Positions 10,601-22,985 of a stretch of 64,000 nt of DNA are shown here, in pieces. Within the stretch, counting starts at the first letter, position 1. Each line of letters begins with the position of its first letter. The stretch is from Eledone cirrhosa. Its lineage: Eukaryota. The notes under the pieces were generated by a model. That model was given only the letters and a program-made list of their open reading frames with translations. It was not told where the DNA came from and searched no databases. Position numbers and translations under genes: made by a program. The stretch lies in contig OZ024743.1 of NCBI GenBank assembly GCA_964016885.1, forward strand, positions 138,570,001-138,634,000, written 5' to 3'.

Positions 10601-13600
10601 GGGTGGTTGGTGTTTAGTGCTTGGTGTTTGGTGCTGGGTGCTTGGTGTTTGGTGCTTGGTGTTTGGTGTTTGGTGCTTGGTGCTTGGTGTTTGGTGCTTG
10701 GTGTTTAGTGTTTGGTGCTTGGTGCTTAGTGTTTGGTGCTAGGTGCTTGGTGTTTGGTGCTTGGTGCTTGGTGTTTGGTGCCTGGTGCTTGGTGTTTGGT
10801 GTTTGGTGTTTGGTGCTTGGTGCTTGGTGTTTGGTGTTTGCTGTTTGCTGTTTGGTGTTTGGTGTTTGGTGTTTGTTGTTTGGTGTTTGCTGTTTGGTGT
10901 TTGGTGTTTGCTTTTTGGTGTTTGGTGTTTGCTGTATATTGTTTGCTGTTTGGTGTTTGGTGTTTGGTGTTTGGTGCTTGTTGCTTGGTGTTTGGTGCTT
11001 GGTGCTTGGTGTTTGGTTCCTGGTGCTTGGTGCTTGGTGCTTGGTGTTTGGTGGTTGGTGCTTGGTGCTTGGAGTTTTGTGTTTGGTGCTTGGTGCTTGG
11101 TGTTTTGTGTTTCGTGTTTGGTTTTTGGTGCTTGGTGCTTGGTGCTTGGTCCTTGGTGTTTGGTGCTGGGTGCTTTGTGTTTGGTGCTTGGTGCTTGGTG
11201 CTTGGTGTTTGGTGTTTGGTGTTTGATGCTTGGTGTTTGGTGCTTGGTGTTTTGTGTTTGGTGCTTGGTGTTTGGTGCTTGGTGTTTGTACTTGGTGCTT
11301 GGTGCTTGGTGTTTGGTTCTTGGTTCTTGGTGTTTGGTGTTTGGCGATTGGTGTTTGGTGCTTGGTGCTTGGTGTTTGGTCTTTGGTGCTTGGTGTTTGG
11401 TGCTTGGTGCTTGGTGTTTGGTGTTTGGTGCTTGGTGCTTGGTGTTTGGTGTTATATGCTTGGTGTTTGATGCTTGGTGCTTGGTGCTTGGTGTTTGGTG
11501 TTTGGTGTTTGTACTTGGTGCTTGTTGCTTGGTGCTTGGTGTTTGGTGCTTGGTGTTTGGTGCTTGGTGCTTGGTGCTTCGTGCTTGGTGCTTGGTGTTT
11601 GGTGGTTGGTGTTTGGTGCTTGGTGTTAGGTGTTTGGTGCTTGGTGCTTGGTGTTTGGTGTTTGGTGCTTGGTGTTTGGTGTTTGGTGCTTGGTGTTTGG
11701 TGCTTGGTACTTGGTGCTTGGTGCTTGGTGTTAGGTGTTTGGTGCTTGGTGTTTGGTGCTTGGTGTTTGGTGCTTCGTGCTTGGTGCTTGGTGCTTGGTG
11801 TTTGGTGGTTGGTGTTTGGTGCTTGGTGTTAGGTGTTTGGTGCTTGGTGCTTGGTGTTTGGTGTTTGGTCCCTGTTGTTTGGTGTTTGGTGCTTGGTGTT
11901 TGCTGCTTTTTGCTTGGTGCTTGGTGTTTGGTGTTTGGTGCTTGGTGTTTGGTGTTTGGAGCTTGGTGTTTGGTGCTTTTTGCTTGGTGCTTGGTGCTTG
12001 GTGTTTGGTGCTTGGTGCTTGGTGTTTGGTGCTGGGTGCTTGGTGTTTGGTGTTTGGTGTTATATGCTTGGTGTTTGATGCTTGGTGCTTGGTGCTTGGT
12101 GTTTGGTGTTTGGTGCTTGGTGTTTGATGCTTGGTGCTTGGTGCTTGGTGTTTGGTGCTTGGTGCTTGGTGTTTGGTGCTTGGTGCTTGGTGTTTGGTGC
12201 TAGGTGTTTGGTGCTCGGTGTTTGGTGCTTGGTGCTTGGTGCTTGGTGCTTGGTGTTTGGTGGTTGGTGCTTGGTGCTTGGTGCTTGGTGTTTGGTGTTT
12301 GGTGCTTGGTGTTTGGTGCTTGGTACTTGGTGCTTGGTGCTTGGTGTTAGGTGTTTGGTGCTTGGTGTTTGGTGTCTGGTTTTTGGTGCTTGGTGCTTGG
12401 TGTTTGGTGCTTGCTGCTGGCTGCTTGGTGTTTGGTGCTTGGTGATTGGTGCCTGGTGTTTGGTGCTTGGTGTTTGGTGTTTGGTGCTATGTGCTTGGTG
12501 TTTGGTGCTTGGTGCTTGGTGTTTGTACTTGGTGCTTGGTGCTTGGTTCTTGGTGTTTGGTGCTTGGTGCTTGGTGTTTGGTGCTTGGTGCTTGGTGTTT
12601 GGTGCTTGGTGTTTGGTGCTTGGTGTTTGGTGCTTGGTGCTTGGTGCTTGGTGTTTGGTGCTTGGTGTTTGGTGCTTGGTGTTAGGTGTTTGGTGCTTGG
12701 TGCTTGGTGTTTGGTGTTTGGTTCTTGGTGTTTGGTGTTTGGTGTTATATGCTTGGTGTTTGATGCTTGGTGCTTGGTGCTTAGTGTTTGGTGCTTGGTG
12801 TTTGATGCTTGGTGCTTGGTGCTTGGTGTTTGGTGCTTGGTGCTTGGTGTTTGTACTTGGTGCTTGGTGCTTGGTTCTTGGTGTTTGGTGCTTGGTGCTT
12901 GGTGTTTGGTGTTTGGTGCTTGGTGTTTGGTGCTTGGTGTTTGGTGCTTTTTGCTTGGTGCTTGGTGTTTGGTGTTTGGTGCTTGGTGTTTGGTGTTTGG
13001 AGCTTGGTGTTTGGTGCTTTTTGCTTGGTGCTTGGTGCTTGGTGTTTGGTGCTTGGTGCTTGGTGTTTGGTGCTGGGTGCTTGGTGTTTGGTGTTTGGTG
13101 TTATATGCTTGGTGTTTGATGCTTGGTGCTTGGTGCTTGGTGTTTGGTGTTTGGTGCTTGGTGTTTGATGCTTGGTGCTTGGTGCTTGGTGTTTGGTGCT
13201 TGGTGCTTGGTGTTTGGTGCTTGGTGCTTGGTGTTTGGTGCTAGGTGTTTGGTGCTTGGTGTTTGGTGCTTGGTGCTTGGTGCTTGGTGCTTGGTGTTTG
13301 GTGGTTGGTGCTTGGTGCTTGGTGTTTGGTGTTTGGTGCTTGGTGTTTGGTGCTTGGTACTTGGTGCTGGGTGCTTGGTGTTAGGTGTTTGGTGCTTGGT
13401 GTTTGGTGTCTGGTTTTTGGTGCTTGGTGCTTGGTGTTTGGTGCTTGCTGCTGGCTGCCTGGTGTTTGGTGCTTGGTGTTTGGTGTTTGGTGCTAGGTGC
13501 TTGGTGTTTGGTGCTTGGTGCTTGGTGTTTGTACTTGGTGCTTGGTGCTTGGTTCTCGGTGTTTGGTGCTTGGTGCTTGGTGTTTGGTGCTTGGTGCTTG

Positions 13601-16600
13601 GTGTTTGGTGCTTGGTGTTTGGTGCTTGGTGTTTGGTGCTTGGTGCTTGGTGCTTGGTGTTTGGTGCTTGGTGTTTGGTGCTTGGTGTTAGGTGTTTGGT
13701 GCTTGGTGCTTGGTGTTTGGTGTTTGGTTCTTGGTGTTTGGTGTTTGGTGTTATATGCTTGGTGTTTGATGCTTGGTGCTTGGTGCTTAGTGTTTGGTGC
13801 TTGGTGTTTGATGCTTGGTGCTTGGTGCTTGGTGTTTGGTGCTTGGTGCTTGGTGTTTGTACTTGGTGCTTGGTGCTTGGTTCTTGGTGTTTGGTGCTTG
13901 GTGCTTGGTGTTTGGTGTTTGGTGCTTGGTGTTTGGTGCTTGGTGTTTGGTGCTTGGTGTTTGGTGCTTGGTGCTTGGTGTTTGGTGCTTGGTGCTGGGT
14001 GGTTGGTGTTTAGTGCTTGGTGTTTGGTGCTTGGTGCTTGGTGTTTGGTGCTTGGTGTTTGGTGTTTGGTGCTTGGTGCTTGGTGTTTGGTGCTTGGTGT
14101 TTAGTGTTTGGTGCTTGGTGCTTAGTGTTTGGTGCTAGGTGCTTGGTGTTTGGTGCTTGGTGCTTGGTGTTTGGTGCCTGGTGCTGGGTGTTTGGTGTTT
14201 GGTGTTTGGTGCTTGGTGCTTGGTGTTTGGTGTTTGCTGTTTGCTGTTTGGTGTTTGGTGTTTGGTGTTTGTTGTTTGGTGTTAGCTGTTTGGTGTTTGG
14301 TGTTTGCTTTTTGGTGTTTGGTGTTTGCTGTATGTTGTTTGCTGTTTGGTGTTTGGTGTTTGGTGTTTGGTGCTTGTTGCTTGGTGTTTGGTGCTTGGTG
14401 CTTGGTGTTTGGTTCCTGGTGCTTGGTGCTTGGTGCTTGGTGTTTGGTGTTTGGTGCTTGGTGCTTGGAGTTTTGTGTTTGGTGCTTGGTGCTTGGTGTT
14501 TTGTGTTTCGTGTTTGGTTTTTGGTGCTTGGTGCTTGGTGCTTGGTCCTTGGTGTTTGGTGCTGGGTGCTTTGTGTTTGGTGCTTGGTGCTTGGTGTTTG
14601 GTGTTTGCTGCTTGGTGTTTGATGCTTGGTGCTTGGTGTTTTGTGTTTGGTGCTTGGTGTTTGGTGCTTGGTGCTTGGTGTTTGTACTTGGTGCTTGGTG
14701 CTTGGTGTTTGGTTCTTGGTTCTTGGTGTTTGGTGTTTGGCGATTGGTGTTTGGTGCTTGGTGCTTGGTGTTTGGTGCCTGGTGCTTGGTGCTTGGTGCT
14801 TGGTGTTTCGTGTTTGGTGCTTGGTGCTTGGAGTTTGGTGTTTGGTGCTTGGTGCTTGGTGTTTTGTGTTTGGTGCTTGGTGTTTGATGCTTGGTGCTTG
14901 GTGCTTGGTGTTTTGTGTTTGGTGCTTGGTTCTTGGTGTTTGGTGCTTGGTGCTTGGTGCTTGGTGTTTGTACTTGGTGCTTGGTGCTTGGTGTTTGGTT
15001 CTTGGTTCTTGGTGTTTGGTACTTGGTGCTTGGTGCTTGATGTTTGGTGTTTGGTGGTTGGTGTTTGGTGCTTGGTGCTTGGTGCTTGGTGTTAGGTGTT
15101 TGGTGCTTGGTCCTTGGTGTTTGGTGCTTGGTGTTTGGTGTTTGCTGTCTGCTTTTTGGTGTTTAGTGTTTGCTGTATGGTGTTTGGTGTTTGCTGTTTG
15201 GTGTTTGGTCTTTGGTGCTTGGTGTTTGGTGCTTGGTGCTTTGTGCTTGGTGTTTGGTGCTTGGTGCTTGGTGTTTGTACTTGGTGCTTGGTGCTTGGTT
15301 CTTGGTGTTTGGTGCTTGGTGCTTGGTGTTTGGTGTTTGGTGCTTGGTGTTTGGTGCTTGGTGTTTGGTGCTTGGTGCTTGGTGTTTGGTGCTTGGTGCT
15401 GGGTGGTTGGTGTTTAGTGCTTGGTGTTTGGTGCTGGGTGCTTGGTGTTTGGTGCTTGGTGTTTGGTGTTTGGTGCTTGGTGCTTGGTGTTTGGTGCTTG
15501 GTGTTTAGTGTTTGGTGCTTGGTGCTTAGTGTTTGGTGCTAGGTGCTTGGTGTTTGGTGCTTGGTGCTTGGTGTTTGGTGCCTGGTGCTTGGTGTTTGGT
15601 GTTTGGTGTTTGGTGCTTGGTGCTTGGTGTTTGGTGTTTGCTGTTTGCTGTTTGGTGTTTGGTGTTTGGTGTTTGTTGTTTGGTGTTTGCTGTTTGGTGT
15701 TTGGTGCTTGGTGCTTAGTGTTTGGTGCTAGGTGCTTGGTGTTTGGTGCTTGGTGCTTGGTGTTTGGTGCCTGGTGCTTGGTGTTTGGTGTTTGGTGTTT
15801 GGTGCTTGGTGCTTGGTGTTTGGTGTTTGCTGTTTGCTGTTTGGTGTTTGGTGTTTGGTGTTTGTTGTTTGGTGTTTGCTGTTTGGTGTTTGGTGTTTGC
15901 TTTTTGGTGTTTGGTGTTTGTTGTATGTTGTTTGCTATTTGGTGTTTGGTGTTTGGTGTTTGGTGCTTGTTGCTTGGTGTTTGGTGCTTGGTGCTTGGTG
16001 TTTGGTTCCTGGTGCTTGGTGCTTGGTGCTTGGTGTTTGGTGTTTGGTGCTTGGTGCTTGGAGTTTTGTGTTTGGTGCTTGTAGCTTGGTGTTTTGTGTT
16101 TCGTGTTTGGTTTTTGGTGCTTGGTGCTTGGTGCTTGGTCGTTGGTGTTTGGTGCTGGGTGCTTTGTCTTTGGTGCTTGGTGCTTGGTGCTTGGTGTTTG
16201 GTGTTTGCTGCTTGGTGTTTGATGCTTGGTGCTTGGTGCTTGGTGTTTTGTGTTTGGTGCTTGGTGTTTGGTGCTTGGTGCTTGGTGTTTGTACTTGGTG
16301 CTTGGTGCTTGGTGTTTGGTTCTTGGTTCTTGGTGTTTGGTGTTTGGCGATTGGTGTTTGGTGCTTGGTGCTTGGTGTTTGGTGCCTGGTGCTTGGTGCT
16401 TGGTGCTTGGTGTTTGGTGTTTGGTGCTTGGTGCTTGGAGTTTGGTGTTTGGTGCTTGGTGCTTGGTGTTTTGTGTTTGGTGCTTGGTGTTTGATGCTTG
16501 GTGCTTGGTGCTTGGTGTTTTGTGTTTGGTGCTTGGTTCTTGGTGTTTGGTGCTTGGTGCTTGGTGCTTGGTGTTTGTACTTGGTGCTTGGTGCTTGGTA

Positions 16601-19600
16601 TTTGGTTCTTGGTTCTTGGTGTTTGGTACTTGGTGCTTGGTGCTTGGTGCTTGATGTTTGGTGTTTGGTGGTTGGTGTTTGGTGCTTGGTGCTTGGTGCT
16701 TCGTGTTAGGTGTTTGGTGCTTGGTCCTTGGTGTTTGGTGCTTGGTGTTTGGTGTTTGCTCTCTGCTTTTTGGTGTTTAGTGTTTGCTGTATGGTGTTTG
16801 GTGTTTGCTGTATGGTGTTTGTTCTTTGTTGCTTGATGTTTGGTGCTTGGTGCTTGGTGTTTGGTGTTTGGTGCTTGGTGCTTGGTGTTTGGTGTTATAT
16901 GCTTGGTGTTTGATGCTTGGTGCTTGGTGCTTGGTGTTTGGTGTTTGGTGTTTGTACTTGGTGCTTGGTGCTTGGTGCTGGGTGTTTGGTGCTTGGTGTT
17001 TGGTGCTTGGTGCTTGGTGCTTGGTGCTTGGTGCTTGGTGTTTGGTGGTTGGTGTTTGGTGCTTGGTGTTAGGTGTTTGGTGATTGGTGCTTGGTGTTTG
17101 GTGTTTGGTGCTTGGTGTTTGGTGTTTGGTGCTTGGTGTTTGGTGCTTGGTACTTGGTGCTTGGTGCTTGTTGTTAGGTGTTTGGTGCTTGGTGTTTGGT
17201 GCTTGGTGTTTGGTGCTTGGTGCTTGGTGCTTGGTGCTTGGTGTTTGGTGGTTGGTGTTTGGTGCTTGGTGTTAGGTGTTTGGTGCTTGGTGCTTGGTGT
17301 TTGGTGTTTGGTGCTTGGTGCTTGGTGTTTGGTGCTTGGTGTTTGGTGCTTTTTGCTTGGTGCTTGGTGCTTGGTGTTTGGTGCTTGGTGCTTGGTGTTT
17401 GGTGTTTGGTGCTGGGTGCTTGGTGTTTGGTGTTTGGTGTTATATGCTTGGTGTTTGATGCTTGGTGCTTGGTGCTTGGTGTTTGGTGTTTGGTGCTTGG
17501 TGTTTGATGCTTGGTGCTTGGTGCTTGGTGTTTGGTGCTTGGTGCTTGGTGTTTGGTGCTTGGTGCTTGGTGTTTGGTGCTTGGTGTTTGGTGCTTGGTG
17601 TTTGGTGCTTGGTGTTTGGTGCTTGGTGCTTGGTGTTTGGTGGTTGGTGCTTGGTGCTTGGTGTTTGGTGTTTGGTGTTTGGTGCTTGGTGCTTAGTGTT
17701 TGGTGTTTGGTGCTTGGTGTTTGGTGTTTGGTGCTTGGTGTTTGGTGCTTGGTACTTGGTGCTTGGTGCTTGGTGTTAGGTGTTTGGTGCTTGGTGTTTG
17801 GTGTCTGGTTTTTGGTGCTTGGTGCTTGGTGTTTGGTGCTTGCTGCTGGCTGCTTGGTGTTTGGTGCTTGGTGATTGGTGCCTGGTGTTTGGTGCTTGGT
17901 GTTTGTGTTTGGTGCTAGGTGCTTGGTGTTTGGTGCTTGGTGCTTGGTGTTTGTACTTGGTGCTTGGTGCTTGGTTCTTGGTGTTTGGTGCTTGGTGCTT
18001 GGTGTTTGGTGCTTGGTGCTTGGTGTTTGGTGCTTGGTGTTTGGTGCTTGGTGTTTGGTGTTTGGTGCTTGGTGCTTGGTGTTTGGTGCTTGGTGTTTGG
18101 TGCTTGGTGTTAGGTGTTTGGTGCTTGGTGCTTGGTGTTTGGTGCTTGGTGTTTGATGCTTGGTGCTTTGTGCTTGGTGTTTGGTGCTTGGTGCTTGGTG
18201 TTTGTACTTGGTGCTTGGTGCTTGGTTCTTGGTGTTTGGTGCTTGGTGCTTGGTGTTTGGTGTTTGGTGCTTGGTGTTTGGTGCTTGGTGTTTGGTGCTT
18301 GGTGCTTGGTGTTTGGTGCTTGGTGCTGGGTGGTTGGTGTTTAGTGCTTGGTGTTTGGTGCTGGGTGCTTGGTGTTTGGTGCTTGGTGTTTGGTGTTTGG
18401 TGCTTGGTGCTTGGTGTTTGGTGCTTGGTGTTTAGTGTTTGGTGCTTGGTGCTTAGTGTTTGGTGCTAGGTGCTTGGTGTTTGGTGCTTGGTGCTTGGTG
18501 TTTGGTGCCTGGTGCTTGGTGTTTGGTGTTTGGTGTTTGGTGCTTGGTGCTTGGTGTTTGGTGTTTGCTGTTTGCTGTTTGGTGTTTGGTGTTTGGTGTT
18601 TGTTGTTTGGTGTTTGCTGTTTGGTGTTTGGTGTTTGCTTTTTGGTGTTTGGTGTTTGCTGTATATTGTTTGCTGTTTGGTGTTTGGTGTTTGGTGTTTG
18701 GTGCTTGTTGCTTGGTGTTTGGTGCTTGGTGCTTGGTGTTTGGTTCCTGGTGCTTGGTGCTTGGTGCTTGGTGTTTGGTGGTTGGTGCTTGGTGCTTGGA
18801 GTTTTGTGTTTGGTGCTTGGTGCTTGGTGTTTTGTGTTTCGTGTTTGGTTTTTGGTGCTTGGTGCTTGGTGCTTGGTCCTTGGTGTTTGGTGCTGGGTGC
18901 TTTGTGTTTGGTGCTTGGTGCTTGGTGCTTGGTGTTTGGTGTTTGTTGTTTGATGCTTGGTTTTTGGTGCTTGGTGTTTTGTGTTTGGTGCTTGGTGTTT
19001 GGTGCTTGGTGTTTGTACTTGGTGCTTGGTGCTTGGTGTTTGGTTCTTGGTTCTTGGTGTTTGGTGTTTGGCGATTGGTGTTTGGTGCTTGGTGCTTGGT
19101 GTTTGGTCTTTGGTGCTTGGTGTTTGGTGCTTGGTGCTTGGTGTTTGGTGTTTGGTGCTTGGTGCTTGGTGTTTGGTGTTATATGCTTGGTGTTTGATGC
19201 TTGGTGCTTGGTGCTTGGTGTTTGGTGTTTGGTGTTTGTACTTGGTGCTTGTTGCTTGGTGCTTGGTGTTTGGTGCTTGGTGTTTGGTGCTTGGTGCTTG
19301 GTGCTTCGTGCTTGGTGCTTGGTGTTTGGTGGTTGGTGTTTGGTGCTTGGTGTTAGGTGTTTGGTGCTTGGTGCTTGGTGTTTGGTGTTTGGTGCTTGGT
19401 GTTTGGTGTTTGGTGCTTGGTGTTTGGTGCTTGGTACTTGGTGCTTGGTGCTTGGTGTTAGGTGTTTGGTGCTTGGTGTTTGGTGCTTGGTGTTTGGTGC
19501 TTCGTGCTTGGTGCTTGGTGCTTGGTGTTTGGTGGTTGGTGTTTGGTGCTTGGTGTTAGGTGTTTGGTGCTTGGTGCTTGGTGTTTGGTGTTTGGTGCTT

Positions 19601-22600
19601 GGTGTTTGGTGTTTGGTGCTTGGTGTTTGCTGCTTTTTGCTTGGTGCTTGGTGTTTGGTGTTTGGTGCTTGGTGTTTGGTGTTTGGAGCTTGGTGTTTGG
19701 TGCTTTTTGCTTGGTGCTTGGTGCTTGGTGTTTGGTGCTTGGTGCTTGGTGTTTGGTGCTGGGTGCTTGGTGTTTGGTGTTTGGTGTTATATGCTTGGTG
19801 TTTGATGCTTGGTGCTTGGTGCTTGGTGTTTGGTGTTTGGTGCTTGGTGTTTGATGCTTGGTGCTTGGTGCTTGGTGTTTGGTGCTTGGTGCTTGGTGTT
19901 TGGTGCTTGGTGCTTGGTGTTTGGTGCTAGGTGTTTGGTGCTCGGTGTTTGGTGCTTGGTGCTTGGTGCTTGGTGCTTGGTGTTTGGTGGTTGGTGCTTG
20001 GTGCTTGGTGCTTGGTGTTTGGTGTTTGGTGCTTGGTGTTTGGTGCTTGGTACTTGGTGCTTGGTGCTTGGTGTTAGGTGTTTGGTGCTTGGTGTTTGGT
20101 GTCTGGTTTTTGGTGCTTGGTGCTTGGTGTTTGGTGCTTGCTGCTGGCTGCTTGGTGTTTGGTGCTTGGTGATTGGTGCCTGGTGTTTGGTGCTTGGTGT
20201 TTGGTGTTTGGTGCTATGTGCTTGGTGTTTGGTGCTTGGTGCTTGGTGTTTGTACTTGGTGCTTGGTGCTTGGTTCTTGGTGTTTGGTGCTTGGTGCTTG
20301 GTGTTTGGTGCTTGGTGCTTGGTGTTTGGTGCTTGGTGTTTGGTGCTTGGTGTTTGGTGCTTGGTGCTTGGTGCTTGGTGTTTGGTGCTTGGTGTTTGGT
20401 GCTTGGTGTTAGGTGTTTGGTGCTTGGTGCTTGGTGTTTGGTGTTTGGTTCTTGGTGTTTGGTGTTTGATGTTATATGCTTGGTGTTTGATGCTTGGTGC
20501 TTGGTGCTTAGTGTTTGGTGCTTGGTGTTTGATGCTTGGTGCTTGGTGCTTGGTGTTTGGTGCTTGGTGCTTGGTGTTTGTACTTGGTGCTTGGTGCTTG
20601 GTTCTTGGTGTTTGGTGCTTGGTGCTTGGTGTTTGGTGTTTGGTGCTTGGTGTTTGGTGCTTGGTGTTTGGTGCTTTTTGCTTGGTGCTTGGTGTTTGGT
20701 GTTTGGTGCTTGGTGTTTGGTGTTTGGAGCTTGGTGTTTGGTGCTTTTTGCTTGGTGCTTGGTGCTTGGTGTTTGGTGCTTGGTGCTTGGTGTTTGGTGC
20801 TGGGTGCTTGGTGTTTGGTGTTTGGTGTTATATGCTTGGTGTTTGATGCTTGGTGCTTGGTGCTTGGTGTTTGGTGTTTGGTGCTTGGTGTTTGATGCTT
20901 GGTGCTTGGTGCTTGGTGTTTGGTGCTTGGTGCTTGGTGTTTGGTGCTTGGTGCTTGGTGTTTGGTGCTAGGTGTTTGGTGCTTGGTGTTTGGTGCTTGG
21001 TGCTTGGTGCTTGGTGCTTGGTGTTTGGTGGTTGGTGCTTGGTGCTTGGTGTTTGGTGTTTGGTGCTTGGTGTTTGGTGCTTGGTACTTGGTGCTTGGTG
21101 CTTGGTGTTAGGTGTTTGGTGCTTGGTGTTTGGTGTCTGGTTTTTGGTGCTTGGTGCTTGGTGTTTGGTGCTTGCTGCTGGCTGCTTGGTGTTTGGTGCT
21201 TGGTGATTGGTGCCTGGTGTTTGGTGCTTGGTGTTTGGTGTTTGGTGCTAGGTGCTTGGTGTTTGGTGCTTGGTGCTTGGTGTTTGTACTTGGTGCTTGG
21301 TGCTTGGTTCTTGGTGTTTGGTGCTTGGTGCTTGGTGTTTGGTGCTTGGTGCTTGGTGTTTGGTGCTTGGTGTTTGGTGCTTGGTGTTTGGTGCTTGGTG
21401 CTTGGTGCTTGGTGTTTGGTGCTTGGTGTTTGGTGCTTGGTGTTAGGTGTTTGGTGCTTGGTGCTTGGTGTTTGGTGTTTGGTTCTTGGTGTTTGGTGTT
21501 TGGTGTTATATGCTTGGTGTTTGATGCTTGGTGCTTGGTGCTTAGTGTTTGGTGCTTGGTGTTTGATGCTTGGTGCTTGGTGCTTGGTGTTTGGTGCTTG
21601 GTGCTTGGTGTTTGTACTTGGTGCTTGGTGCTTGGTTCTTGGTGTTTGGTGCTTGGTGCTTGGTGTTTGGTGTTTGGTGCTTGGTGTTTGGTGCTTGGTG
21701 TTTGGTGCTTGGTGTTTGGTGCTTGGTGCTTGGTGTTTGGTGCTTGGTGCTGGGTGGTTGGTGTTTAGTGCTTGGTGTTTGGTGCTTGGTGCTTGGTGTT
21801 TGGTGCTTGGTGTTTGGTGTTTGGTGCTTGGTGCTTGGTGTTTGGTGCTTGGTGTTTAGTGTTTGGTGCTTGGTGCTTAGTGTTTGGTGCTAGGTGCTTG
21901 GTGTTTGGTGCTTGGTGCTTGGTGTTTGGTGCCTGGTGCTGGGTGTTTGGTGTTTGGTGTTTGGTGCTTGGTGCTTGGTGTTTGGTGTTTGCTGTTTGCT
22001 GTTTGGTGTTTGGTGTTTGGTGTTTGTTGTTTGGTGTTAGCTGTTTGGTGTTTGGTGTTTGCTTTTTGGTGTTTGGTGTTTGCTGTATGTTGTTTGCTGT
22101 TTGGTGTTTGGTGTTTGGTGTTTGGTGCTTGTTGCTTGGTGTTTGGTGCTTGGTGCTTGGTGTTTGGTTCCTGGTGCTTGGTGCTTGGTGCTTGGTGTTT
22201 GGTGTTTGGTGCTTGGTGCTTGGAGTTTTGTGTTTGGTGCTTGGTGCTTGGTGTTTTGTGTTTCGTGTTTGGTTTTTGGTGCTTGGTGCTTGGTGCTTGG
22301 TCCTTGGTGTTTGGTGCTGGGTGCTTTGTGTTTGGTGCTTGGTGCTTGGTGTTTGGTGTTTGCTGCTTGGTGTTTGATGCTTGGTGCTTGGTGTTTTGTG
22401 TTTGGTGCTTGGTGTTTGGTGCTTGGTGCTTGGTGTTTGTACTTGGTGCTTGGTGCTTGGTGTTTGGTTCTTGGTTCTGGGTGTTTGGTGTTTGGCGATT
22501 GGTGTTTGGTGCTTGGTGCTTGGTGTTTGGTGCCTGGTGCTTGGTGCTTGGTGCTTGGTGTTTCGTGTTTGGTGCTTGGTGCTTGGAGTTTGGTGTTTGG

Positions 22601-22985
22601 TGCTTGGTGCTTGGTGTTTTGTGTTTGGTGCTTGGTGTTTGATGCTTGGTGCTTGGTGCTTGGTGTTTTGTGTTTGGTGCTTGGTTCTTGGTGTTTGGTG
22701 CTTGGTGCTTGGTGCTTGGAGTTTGTACTTGGTGCTTGGTGCTTGGTGTTTGGTTCTTGGTTCTTGGTGTTTGGTACTTGGTGCTTGGTGCTTGATGTTT
22801 GGTGTTTGGTGGTTGGTGTTTGGTGCTTGGTGCTTGGTGCTTGGTGTTAGGTGTTTGGTGCTTGGTCCTTGGTGTTTGGTGCTTGGTGTTTGGTGTTTGC
22901 TGTCTGCTTTTTGGTGTTTAGTGTTTGCTGTATGGTGTTTGGTGTTTGCTGTTTGGTGTTTGGTCTTTGGTGCTTGGTGTTTGGT
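7630..22985. repeat. Large tandem duplication, 2 copies of ~7.6-7.75 kb (~7630-15230 and ~15230-22985)
   Basis: Offsets are 7601 (7820/15421, 9109/16710), then 7727 (9735/17462, 12082/19809), then 7755 (13815/21570, 15096/22851). A rare 6-bp unit TTGTGT is shared at 10176 and 17903. Confidence 0.92.
11900..13950. repeat. ~1041-bp tandem duplication nested inside the 7.7 kb unit (also at ~19630-21700)
   Basis: ORFs 12082/13123, 12131/13172 and 19809/20850 are offset by 1041 = 149x7 - 2. Rare TTGGAGC is present in both copies (~11956 and ~12997). Confidence 0.85.
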
